Source: an uncultured Gemmatimonadales bacterium
Lineage (GTDB): Bacteria; Gemmatimonadota; Gemmatimonadetes; Gemmatimonadales; GWC2-71-9
DNA: 64,000 bases
Direction: 5' to 3'
Assembly: GCA_963728915.1 (NCBI GenBank)
Contig: CAVSLV010000001.1
Span: 928,001-992,000, forward strand
This document shows positions 22,616-31,435 of the stretch, piece by piece. The translations under genes were made by a program, and so were the position numbers. Below the pieces are notes generated by a model, which searched no databases, was not told where the DNA came from, and was given only the letters and a program-made list of their open reading frames with translations. Numbering within the stretch: the first letter of the stretch is position 1; every line of letters begins with the position of its first letter.

Positions 22616-23978
22616 GCGCGCGCACCAGCTCGTCGATGTGGGCGATCGGCACCGGGCTCAAGCCGGGTAGCTCCGGACCGGCACGATCGCCCGATCGGCT
22701 GGAGCAGAAAGCCCGGCGGAATCCAAGACGCGCCGCTTCACTCAGTCGCCGTTCGACCCCACCGACCGGCCGGATCTCCCCGCCGAGGCCGATCTCGCCG
22801 AGAAACAGCGCATCGGGCGGGGTGGGCCGGTTGTGGAGACTGGAGAGGAGCGCGGCAGCAACGGCCAGATCGGCGCCCGGCTCACGGAGCCTCACCCCGG
22901 CCGTCACCTGCACGAAGACGTCGAGCTGGCCGAAGCTCGCGCCACCGCGACGCTCCAGCACGGCGAGCAGGACCGCGAGACGGCGGGGATCGAGTCCGGT
23001 CGCCACCCGTTGGGGGGTCCCGTAGCCGCTCGGTGCGGCCAGCGCCTGGACCTCGACCAGCAACGGACGAGTCCCTTCCATGAGCGCGGTGACGGCGCTC
23101 CCACTGGTCTCGCCGGAGCGAGCCGCGAGAAAGACCGCCGAAGGATTCGGCACCGCCGCGAGCCCGCGCTCGGTCATGGAGAACACGCCGAGCTCGTCCA
23201 CCGACCCGAAGCGATTCTTGGTGGCGCGAAGCAGACGGTAGTCGAGCGAGGGTTCTCCCTCGAAGTAGAGCACGGTGTCCACGATGTGCTCGAGGGTTCG
23301 GGGACCGGCAATGGCGCCGCCCTTGGTCACATGTCCCACCACGACCACGGCGGTTCCGGTTTCCTTGGCGAATCGCATCAAGCGAGCGGCGCACTCCCGG
23401 ACCTGGCCCACGCTTCCGGGTGCGGATTCGAGCTCGTCGGTGTAGATCGTCTGAACCGAGTCCACCACCAGGAGCTCGGCCTTGGCCTGGAGCGACGCTT
23501 CGAGCACCGCTTCCAGTCTGGTCTCACCCAGCACCAGCACCGGCCCGGCATCCTCGCTCAGCCGGTCGGCCCGAAGCCGGATCTGATCCGGGGATTCCTC
23601 GCCGCTGGTGTACAGCACGTGCCGGCCGCCGGCCCGCAGGCGCGCCGCTGCCTGAAGCAGCAGGGTGGATTTGCCGATGCCGGGTTCCCCGCCGATCAGC
23701 CCCATGGAGCCTGGAACGAACCCGCCACCGAGGACGAAGTCGAACTCGGGAATGCCGGTGGTCCATCGGATCAGACGGGATTTCGCGATGTCGGCGAGCG
23801 GGGTTGGCCGGGCCGTGGAGGCGATTCGGGTGGCGGACCCGCGGGAGGAGGGCGGACGCTGGGTAATCGGCTCTTCCGCGACCGCGTTCCAGGCCCCGCA
23901 GGCTTCGCACCGACCGACCCACTTCGGATGATCGTGCCCGCATTCCGCGCATCGATAGACCGAGCGGGCTTTCGCCAT
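22605..23978 (-). CDS. radA: DNA repair protein RadA/Sms
   Basis: N-terminal zinc finger, GGEPGIGKSTLL, KNRFG. Confidence 0.97.
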   Translation of the reverse strand: MAKARSVYRCAECGHDHPKWVGRCEACGAWNAVAEEPITQRPPSSRGSATRIASTARPTPLADIAKSRLIRWTTGIPEFDFVLGGGFVPGSMGLIGGEPGIGKSTLLLQAAARLRAGGRHVLYTSGEESPDQIRLRADRLSEDAGPVLVLGETRLEAVLEASLQAKAELLVVDSVQTIYTDELESAPGSVGQVRECAARLMRFAKETGTAVVVVGHVTKGGAIAGPRTLEHIVDTVLYFEGEPSLDYRLLRATKNRFGSVDELGVFSMTERGLAAVPNPSAVFLAARSGETSGSAVTALMEGTRPLLVEVQALAAPSGYGTPQRVATGLDPRRLAVLLAVLERRGGASFGQLDVFVQVTAGVRLREPGADLAVAAALLSSLHNRPTPPDALFLGEIGLGGEIRPVGGVERRLSEAARLGFRRAFCSSRSGDRAGPELPGLSPVPIAHIDELVRALAA

Positions 23979-25370
23979 CTAGTGCATCTCGCGATCCGAG
24001 TAGCTGTCGAACCGGGTGAACGCCTTGTGAAAGTAAAGTCGGAAGTTGCCGGTCGGTCCGTTCCGGTGTTTGGCCAGGTGAATTTCCGCCAGACCATCCA
24101 CCGACGTCCCCTGCGCTTCGGCCTTCTCGCGAAGGTCCTTGTACATCTCCGGGCGGTGGATGAAAATCACCACGTCGGCGTCCTGTTCGATCGCGCCGGA
24201 GTCCCGGAGATCCGAGAGCATGGGGGTGCGATCACCGCCTCGCTGCTCGGAGGCACGGGAAAGCTGGGAGAGCGCGAGGACCGGGACTTCGAGCTCCCGG
24301 GCGAGCGCTTTGAGGGAGCGGGAGATATCGGAAATCTCCTGCACCCGATTCTCCGAGTATTCGGGACTCCGCATGAGCTGGAGGTAGTCCACCATGATCA
24401 GCCCGATGTCCGACTCGGCCCGGAGCCGCCTGGCCTTGCCCCGCATCTCCAACAGGGTGAGCGCCGGGGTGTCGTCGATCCAGATCGGCGCGTTCTGCAG
24501 AATCCCGGTGGCCCGCGCGATCCGGGGATAATCCGACTCCTTGATCCGGCCCTGCCGAACCGCCTGGCTGTCGATGCCCGCAGCGGAGCAGAGAAGCCGC
24601 TGAACCAGCGCGTCCTTCGACATTTCCAACGAGAAAATGGCGACGCCGCGCCCCTGCTGGGCGGCATTGCTCGCGATGTTGAGGCAGAACGCGGTCTTTC
24701 CCATGGACGGTCTCGCGGCGACGATGACGAGCTCCGACTTCTGGAACCCCGAGGTCAGGTTGTCCAAATCTGGGAACCCGCTGGGCACCCCGGTAATCGC
24801 AACGCCGCCGCGGTGGAGCGATTCAATGCGCTCCATGGCGTCCCAGAGCATCTCTTTGAGCCGGACGAATTCCTCGCGCCGGCGATGCTGGGAAATCCGG
24901 AAGATCCGCCCCTCGGCCTCGTCCAGGAGCTCGTTGGCATGCCTCCGGCCTTCGTAGGCCTCCTGGATGATTCCGGTGGAGGCCTCGATGAGCCCGCGAA
25001 GAGTGGCCTTGTCGCGCACGATCCTGGCGTGGTGCTCCAGATTGGCGGCGGTGGCCACCGAGTCGACCAGCTCGGCCAGGTACTCGACGCCCCCGACGAG
25101 GTCCAGCTCGTTACGCCGGATCAGCTCGTCGCGGAGGGTGATATGGTCGATGACCACCCGATTCTCGGTGAGGCTGTGCAACGCGCGAAACAGGCGGCGG
25201 TGGGCATCCTTGTAGAACATGGTGTGATCGACCAGCTGGACCGCGGTCAGCGCCGCGTCCTGATCGAGGATCATTGCACCGAGTACCGCCTGTTCAGCTT
25301 CGGGGCTCCAGGGGACGGAGCGGAGAGTCTGCTCAACGGTCGAGAAGCTGTCGGGCGATACGGATGTCAT
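23979..25370 (-). CDS. dnaB: Replicative DNA helicase
   Basis: AARPSMGKT, DYLQLM, LSQLSR, DLRDSGAIEQDAD, KHRNGPTG; no intein. Confidence 0.97.
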   Translation of the reverse strand: MTSVSPDSFSTVEQTLRSVPWSPEAEQAVLGAMILDQDAALTAVQLVDHTMFYKDAHRRLFRALHSLTENRVVIDHITLRDELIRRNELDLVGGVEYLAELVDSVATAANLEHHARIVRDKATLRGLIEASTGIIQEAYEGRRHANELLDEAEGRIFRISQHRRREEFVRLKEMLWDAMERIESLHRGGVAITGVPSGFPDLDNLTSGFQKSELVIVAARPSMGKTAFCLNIASNAAQQGRGVAIFSLEMSKDALVQRLLCSAAGIDSQAVRQGRIKESDYPRIARATGILQNAPIWIDDTPALTLLEMRGKARRLRAESDIGLIMVDYLQLMRSPEYSENRVQEISDISRSLKALARELEVPVLALSQLSRASEQRGGDRTPMLSDLRDSGAIEQDADVVIFIHRPEMYKDLREKAEAQGTSVDGLAEIHLAKHRNGPTGNFRLYFHKAFTRFDSYSDREMH

Positions 25371-26157
25371 CCCAGGTCGGCTTCTTCCAGTTGGGGTTGC
25401 GGAGGAGGGCCGCCGGATGATAGGTGACGACCAGGGGAATGCCGCGATAAGAATGTACTCTGCCGCGCAACTCCCCGAGACTGCGCCGGGCCTGAAGCAG
25501 CGCTTCGGCCGCCGTGGCGCCGAGCGCGACCAGCACCCTGGGACGAATCAACTCGATTTGCCGCTCCAGAAACGGCATGCAGGCGGCCATCTCGTCCGGG
25601 AGAGGCTTGCGATTGCCGGGAGGCCGGCACTTCACCGCGTTGGCGATGAACACGTCCTCGCGGGTCAAGCCGATCGATTGGATGATCTGGTTGAGCAGCT
25701 CCCCCGCCCGGCCGACAAACGGCCGACCAGTTTGGTCTTCAACCTGGCCCGGGCCTTCGCCGACGAACATCAATCCGGACCGTGTGGACCCTTCTCCGGG
25801 GACGGTATGCGTACGCCCCTGGCACAGGAAACACTTGGTGCACAGCGCGATGGCGCTGGCAATATCATCCAGTTTGTCCCAATCGTGTGGAATATCCATC
25901 AAGCTACGGGGAGACTGCTCGATGGTAATGCCCGGAACGGTGGGGATGGGCGGTGCGTCCTTGAGCCAGGGAGAGGCCGGAGAGGTCGGTGGGGTCGGAG
26001 AGGTCGGAGAGGTCGGGGGGGACAGTGAGGAGGTTTCGACCACCCCGACCTCTCTGACCACCCCGACCTCTCTGGCCACCCCGACCCCACTGACAATTAC
26101 TTCGGGGCCGCCAAGCTCCAGTTGAATTCGCAGATACCGTCGGGCAAGCTGGTCCAG
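25333..26157 (-). CDS. Uracil-DNA glycosylase family 4
   Basis: CTKCFLC, GEGPG, PFVGRAG, KCRPP, YHPAALLR. Frame stays open up to a CTG at 26157 (LDQLARRYLRIQLELGG); the track starts at GTG 26079. Confidence 0.9.
   Translation of the reverse strand: MDQLARRYLRIQLELGGPEVIVSGVGVAREVGVVREVGVVETSSLSPPTSPTSPTPPTSPASPWLKDAPPIPTVPGITIEQSPRSLMDIPHDWDKLDDIASAIALCTKCFLCQGRTHTVPGEGSTRSGLMFVGEGPGQVEDQTGRPFVGRAGELLNQIIQSIGLTREDVFIANAVKCRPPGNRKPLPDEMAACMPFLERQIELIRPRVLVALGATAAEALLQARRSLGELRGRVHSYRGIPLVVTYHPAALLRNPNWKKPTWDDIRIARQLLDR
25971..26088. repeat. Two opposed arrays of 9-bp units (GGAGAGGTC/GGTGGGGTC and their complements) in the UDG linker
   Basis: 25971-26020 reads gagaggtcgg repeats and 26037-26088 reads ccgacctctc repeats; they encode PTSPTSP and REVGVVREVGVV. 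Confidence 0.8.
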
Positions 26158-26158
26158 G

Positions 26159-26386
26159 TCAGACCTCGGACCGGCGCCGGCGAAGCTCCCGGAAGTTCAA
26201 TTCTCCACTGACCAGTTTGCGCATCGAGAGCGTGGTCAGCTTGGTGGCCCGCTCCCGCTCCGCCCACTGGATCTGACGATCCTTGGGGAAGTCGTTCAGA
26301 TAGCGGGCGAACCGCGCCGCGACCAGGATAGAGCGATACTTGGTCCCGGCGTTCCGGGCCGCATCGGTGGGGGTGAAGATCTCCAT
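26159..26386 (-). CDS. rpoZ: RNA polymerase omega subunit
   Basis: 75 aa with KYRSILVAARFARYL; directly downstream of gmk. Confidence 0.8.
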   Translation of the reverse strand: MEIFTPTDAARNAGTKYRSILVAARFARYLNDFPKDRQIQWAERERATKLTTLSMRKLVSGELNFRELRRRRSEV

Positions 26387-26388
26387 GC

Positions 26389-27027
26389 TTACTCCTTGAA
26401 AGTGTCCGGGTCGACGAGCTCTCGCTGAATGCCCGCGACCACTTGCGTCAGGTTGTTCAGGCGCCGAACCCGGCGCTCCTCCACATCGAGAATGGCCGCC
26501 AGGTGCGCGACCGCTTCGACAAAGTCGTCGTTGACGACCACGTAATCATACTCCTGCACGGCATCGAGCTCCCTCGCGGCGATCGCCATCCGGGTGCCGA
26601 TCCCGTTGGGGTCCTCCGTATTCCGGTTTCGCAGCCGCTGCACCAGCACCGCGGCCGAGGGCGGCAGCACGAACACGTGAACCGAGTCGGGAAACTGCGT
26701 ACGCACCTGGCGCGCTCCAGCCACATCGATGTCGAGCACCACGTGCCGCCCCGCCGAAAGCCCCCGCTCGACCTCCGACCGCAACGTTCCGTACAGGTGG
26801 CCGCCGTATTCGGCCCATTCGACCAGCTCCCCCGAGGCGATGCGTTCCTCGAACCTGGCCCGGTCGAGAAAGAAGTAGTGCTTGCCGTCGTCTTCCGCGG
26901 GCCGCCGGGGCCGGGTGGTCGCCGAGATCGAATACGTGAGGTTCTCGCGGGCTTCCAGCAGGTGGCGTGCGATGGTCGACTTTCCGCCCCCCGAAGGGGA
27001 AGAAAGCACCAGCAGGAAGGGGGTTAC
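26389..27027 (-). CDS. gmk: Guanylate kinase (start uncertain: GTA 27027 or GTG 27009)
   Basis: SSPSGGGKST, SISATTR, DGKHYFF, YGT, DIDVAG. Confidence 0.94.
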   Translation of the reverse strand, partial: VTPFLLVLSSPSGGGKSTIARHLLEARENLTYSISATTRPRRPAEDDGKHYFFLDRARFEERIASGELVEWAEYGGHLYGTLRSEVERGLSAGRHVVLDIDVAGARQVRTQFPDSVHVFVLPPSAAVLVQRLRNRNTEDPNGIGTRMAIAARELDAVQEYDYVVVNDDFVEAVAHLAAILDVEERRVRRLNNLTQVVAGIQRELVDPDTFKE

Positions 27028-27899
27028 GCCAAGTTCTCGAGCTGTTCCCGGAATCGCTCAAGCTCTCCCTTCATGGCCACTACCGCGTGCTGCATCGCGA
27101 CGTCATTCGCCTTGGCGCCGATGGTGTTCATCTCCCGGCCCAGCTCCTGAGCCAGGAAGCCGAGCTGCTTCCCGATTGCGGCCTCCTGCTGTAGCGCCGC
27201 CCCGCAGGCTTCCAGGTGGGCGTCGAGCCGCACCAGCTCCTCGGTCACGTCCTGCCGCTCGGCGAGAATGGCGATCTCGGTCGCGAGCCGGTGCTCATCG
27301 AACGGCCGTCCCTCGAGGAGCTGCGTCACCGCGTGGCGAAGTCGCTCCCGCTGCGCGGCGACCCGGAGCGGCGCCAGGCTTCGCACCCGCTCGGCCTCGC
27401 GGGCCATGGCCGCGAGTCGATCCCGCAGCTCCTGGGCGAGCACGGCACCCTCCCGGCCGCGGGCGTCCCGACATCCTCGTGATGCCGAAGCAACCAGGGG
27501 CTCCACCTCGCTCCAGGGCACCGGGTCGCTGCCGTTGGGGTGCCCCAGCATCTCCGGCTGGCGTAGCACCAGCTCGAGGGAGATGTCACCCGGAACATCG
27601 AGTGCCGCCTGGAGCTCTCTCAATCGCGCCGCGACCATCCGCGCCCTGGCATGATCCACCGCGCCGGATCCATTGGACCCCGGCGGAGCGGTCGTCCACC
27701 TCGCCGTCACCGACAGATGCCCCCGATCGAACTCCCGGCGGAGCAGATCGCGGCATTCCGATTCGCACGGGGCGAGCTCGTCGGGGAGCCGAAGCGCCAC
27801 ATTCAGAAACCGGTGATTGACGGATCGGATCTCGACCCGGAGCGACCCACCCGCCACCAGTCCTTCGGCGGCGCCGAAGCCGGTCATGCTGGACGGCAT
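27024..27899 (-). CDS. yicC: YicC/YloC family endoribonuclease
   Basis: SMTGFG, RSVNHRFL, EELVRLDAH, QELGREMNTIGAK, REQLEN. Confidence 0.94.
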   Translation of the reverse strand: MPSSMTGFGAAEGLVAGGSLRVEIRSVNHRFLNVALRLPDELAPCESECRDLLRREFDRGHLSVTARWTTAPPGSNGSGAVDHARARMVAARLRELQAALDVPGDISLELVLRQPEMLGHPNGSDPVPWSEVEPLVASASRGCRDARGREGAVLAQELRDRLAAMAREAERVRSLAPLRVAAQRERLRHAVTQLLEGRPFDEHRLATEIAILAERQDVTEELVRLDAHLEACGAALQQEAAIGKQLGFLAQELGREMNTIGAKANDVAMQHAVVAMKGELERFREQLENLA

Positions 27900-27938
27900 A
27901 AGCCTTTGAATCTAGCCGGATTAGGGTCCGGTTGGTAG

Positions 27939-29822
27939 CTAGTTCCTGAATTCCCAGCGCACTGCGAAGGTGCTCGCGAAACCGGGGATCAGCAGCCCCG
28001 GCACGTGGGCCACATTCTGATTGCCCTGCATGTTGTAGCGGTCGTAGTAGGCCATGAACGAGCCCAACTGGAGCCCGATATACCCGCGGTAGTAGGTAAC
28101 GGCCGGAAGGTTGATGGCAACGCTGTCGGCGGTCCGGCCCAGCACGCCGGCGCCCCATCGCTCCATGCTGACCTGGAGCTTCAGGTTGAAGATCCCGCTT
28201 CGGAAGGTGGGAAGGAACTTGCTTTGTATCGTCGCGGCGACCATCGCGTGACTCGGCGGCTGGCCCTCGGGGGAATAGCGCACCGGATTGCTGAACCAGC
28301 CGCTCACCGAGAACCACTGCCGAGGGGAGATGCGTCCCGACGCGGTGACCCAATCGGTCCGGGTCAGCAGGTCGGACGGAGCGATGAAGGAGATGGTGGG
28401 GTACTGATCGTAGGTTGCCGGATCGAATTTCGCGTTGGTCACGAAAGCGCCTTCGAGATCCACCAGGCTGTTCCGCCAGGACAGCATCACACTCCGGTCA
28501 TCGACATGCTGGGCGGTGTCGGTCCGGATGGCCGGATGGTAGACCTGGTCTCCATAGCGCCAGACCGCGCTGGCGGTGAAGCCCAGCGGAAGAGTGAGCC
28601 CACCCCGTGCCGTTATCCACCGGCTCGAGCGGCTCTCCGCGTGATGCGCGAGGACTCCCTCGATGCTCGCCGTCAAAAAGCGAACCGGCGCGAGCGAGCC
28701 CCGCGCCCGGACTTCGAAGGGAGTCCATCCCGAACGCAGGAAGGTGCTGCCCATGAGCTCCGCGGCCGCGGCCCGATAGCCGAGCACCACCCCGGCCTGG
28801 TCCAGGCTCCGGTGATACTTCTCGAACGTGTAGGTCGTATCGAGCGCGGTCTGATTCCCGCTCGCGTCCAGGACCGGAGTTTCCACCAGCACCGAATCGC
28901 CGCGCACCTCGTCCACCCACTGGGTATGGCTGAGAAGAAGGTTCGCCTGCAGTCCGAGCGACCCCTTCGAGGCCAGGTAGACCCGGCCGGTCAGGTCTCG
29001 ACGGCGTCCATGGCGAACCGCGCTGAGGGTGTCCCCGGTCGCTTCGTCGAGGACCGGGTCCCGGTTCGCGCTCATTTGCCAGAACTGCACCTCGAATCCC
29101 GCCGTGGGAGAACGGGCATAGCTGAGACGGATGATCCCCTGGGTGTTGGTGTAGCCCCCTCCTCCGGTTTCGACCGGAACCCCGAAGTGATCGAACGCGA
29201 CCGCAAACCCGGGCCCGCGCACGCTGCGCTTCTCGAGCTCGCCCTGGTATCGCTCGACGCGGAGGTCCCCGCTCGCAATGCCGATGCGGCTGTACGGGGC
29301 TACCCGGTCGTTCCGGTGGGTGAAGAGCCACACCCGGAGCTGGCCCGGCATCCGCTCGATTTCGACCCGGTCGATCATGCTGAGCGGGAGCAGCGATGGG
29401 TCGACCATCACGGTATCGCCCGCCACGGGCTGGTAGGGAATGCCGTCGACGAGGTACTCCACCGAGGCTGCGCCGTGCGCCTGGTAATTGGGAAGCTCCG
29501 GCCGACCCAGCCACCCTCCTCGAAGCAGGAACACACCGGGAACCTTGGTGAGAAGCTCGCTGACCGTCTCGGCGCCGGACCAGAGGATCGAGTCCCGGTC
29601 GAAGATGATCCGGCTATCTCCCGGCAGGAGGGTGCCCGCGCCGACCCTGGGCGGGGCTGGCGCCGGGCGTCGAGCTTCCTGTTGCGACCGAAGAAAGAGC
29701 GCGGTGTAATCGGTGGTGTCGGCCCGCAGGGTATCGACCCGAGTCAGGGTGTCTACGACCTGCGCACCCGCCAGCGCGGGCGAGAGCCCGAGCAGGATGG
29801 CTGCGAAAACCGCCCGGGTCAC
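27939..29822 (-). CDS. Outer-membrane protein with TonB-dependent receptor plug-like domain
   Basis: Signal peptide; ELLTKVPGV..YLVDGIP..IDRVEIER plug-like segment; amphipathic strands; C-terminal VRWEFRN. Confidence 0.7.
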   Translation of the reverse strand: MTRAVFAAILLGLSPALAGAQVVDTLTRVDTLRADTTDYTALFLRSQQEARRPAPAPPRVGAGTLLPGDSRIIFDRDSILWSGAETVSELLTKVPGVFLLRGGWLGRPELPNYQAHGAASVEYLVDGIPYQPVAGDTVMVDPSLLPLSMIDRVEIERMPGQLRVWLFTHRNDRVAPYSRIGIASGDLRVERYQGELEKRSVRGPGFAVAFDHFGVPVETGGGGYTNTQGIIRLSYARSPTAGFEVQFWQMSANRDPVLDEATGDTLSAVRHGRRRDLTGRVYLASKGSLGLQANLLLSHTQWVDEVRGDSVLVETPVLDASGNQTALDTTYTFEKYHRSLDQAGVVLGYRAAAAELMGSTFLRSGWTPFEVRARGSLAPVRFLTASIEGVLAHHAESRSSRWITARGGLTLPLGFTASAVWRYGDQVYHPAIRTDTAQHVDDRSVMLSWRNSLVDLEGAFVTNAKFDPATYDQYPTISFIAPSDLLTRTDWVTASGRISPRQWFSVSGWFSNPVRYSPEGQPPSHAMVAATIQSKFLPTFRSGIFNLKLQVSMERWGAGVLGRTADSVAINLPAVTYYRGYIGLQLGSFMAYYDRYNMQGNQNVAHVPGLLIPGFASTFAVRWEFRN

Positions 29823-31303
29823 GCGCGAGCGAGCAGGAATTCGCTGAGGAGACGGACTCCCATTCCGGTCGGCCCTTTGACCGTGGAGGGATCCTCCCGA
29901 TCGCTGTAGGCCGTTGCGGCGATGTCCAGATGGGCCCACGGATATCCTTCGACGAATTCGCGGAGGAACCATCCGGCGGTGATGCTGCCCGCCGAGCGGC
30001 CGCCCGAATTCTTGACGTCGGCGATGTCGGATTTGTTGAGCTCCTTGTATTCGTCCCACAGCGGGAGCTCCCAGACCCGCTCGTCGGCGCGCTGACCCGC
30101 CTCGATCACTCCGCGGATCAGCGCCGGGTCGGTTCCCATCAGTCCAGCCGCGAACGGGCCAAGCGCGATGCTGATGGCGCCGGTGAGGGTCGCCAGATCG
30201 ATCGCACACGCGGGGGAGTAGCGCCGCGCATACGAAAGCGCATCGGCGAGCAGCAGCCTCCCTTCGGCGTCGGTATTGACGATCTCGATGGTCTTGCCGA
30301 GGTGACTCTTCACCACGTCTCCGGGACGGGCTGCGCTGGCGGAAGGCATGTTCTCCGCCGAAGGGATCAAGCCCACCACGTGGAGGTTGGGTCGAAGCTT
30401 GCCCAGCATCTCGAACGCGCCCAGCACGGCTGCGGCGCCCGACATGTCGTACTTCATGTCCTCCATGTTCTGCGCCGGCTTGATGGAAATGCCGCCGCTG
30501 TCGAAGGACACGCCCTTGCCCACCAGCACGACCGGGGGGCCCTCGCCACCCTGGTATTCGAGCGCGATGAAACGGGGCTCTTCCGCGCTCCCCTGCGCCA
30601 CCGCCAGCAGCGCCCCCATTCCCTCGCGCTCGATGGCGGCTCGATCCAGAACGGTGATCTTGTGGCCCCCTCGCTGGGCCACATCCTGGGCGGCCTCGGC
30701 GATCCGACGGGGGGGAAGATGATTGCCCGGAAGAATCTGCAGCCGGCGACAGAAGGTCTGGCCGGCCGCGATCGCCACCCCAACCTGGTGACCTTCGCGA
30801 TAGGCCGTTGCATCACCCGGCGCCAGAATATCGACGCCGGCGAGCTCGGGCTTCTGCTCTTCGGAGGGACGCTTGAAGTCGGGGAAATGCCAGGCGCCCT
30901 TGGCAACGCCCTCCGCCAGAAGCTGACCCGCATCCCGCGGGGAAACGGTTCCACGGCCCTCGGGAGTCAGGAAGATCGCCGCCCGGACCACTCCCAGCAG
31001 ACGGGCTCGCTTGGCCCCAACTGCCGCGGCCCGGCGAATCGCGGCGGGCGGATGATCCGGCTTCCCCATTCCCACCAGCAGCATCCGCGACGCCGGCGCC
31101 TCCTTGGAGGGATAGAGCAACGCGGTCTCATCCCGTTTGCCGGAGAAATCGCCCGCGGCGTAACACCGCCCCATGGCTCCGCCGGCGGCCTTATCGACCG
31201 AATCGAGGCTCGCAGGGCGATTCCCCGATGGCACCAACAGGACGAGTACGGGAGCGGAGTGGGTCTCGGGTCCCGCGTCGAGAATCTGGGTTTCGAGGCT
31301 CAT
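29819..31303 (-). CDS. pepA: Leucyl aminopeptidase (M17)
   Basis: GKGVSFDSGG, MKYDMSG, NTDAEGRL, ATLTG, HLDIA. Confidence 0.95.
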   Translation of the reverse strand: MSLETQILDAGPETHSAPVLVLLVPSGNRPASLDSVDKAAGGAMGRCYAAGDFSGKRDETALLYPSKEAPASRMLLVGMGKPDHPPAAIRRAAAVGAKRARLLGVVRAAIFLTPEGRGTVSPRDAGQLLAEGVAKGAWHFPDFKRPSEEQKPELAGVDILAPGDATAYREGHQVGVAIAAGQTFCRRLQILPGNHLPPRRIAEAAQDVAQRGGHKITVLDRAAIEREGMGALLAVAQGSAEEPRFIALEYQGGEGPPVVLVGKGVSFDSGGISIKPAQNMEDMKYDMSGAAAVLGAFEMLGKLRPNLHVVGLIPSAENMPSASAARPGDVVKSHLGKTIEIVNTDAEGRLLLADALSYARRYSPACAIDLATLTGAISIALGPFAAGLMGTDPALIRGVIEAGQRADERVWELPLWDEYKELNKSDIADVKNSGGRSAGSITAGWFLREFVEGYPWAHLDIAATAYSDREDPSTVKGPTGMGVRLLSEFLLARA

Positions 31304-31435
31304 GGGGAGAGGGGTGGGAGCGTTCCGAGTCATCCGCGATGCAATAAGGTACACCCTCACGTTCCCGGAAGGGATTCCCTCAGGGCGTCGAGCGTTTCAT
31401 TTTAGGTTCAGCACCTTTTACAGGCCTAGGTTCTC

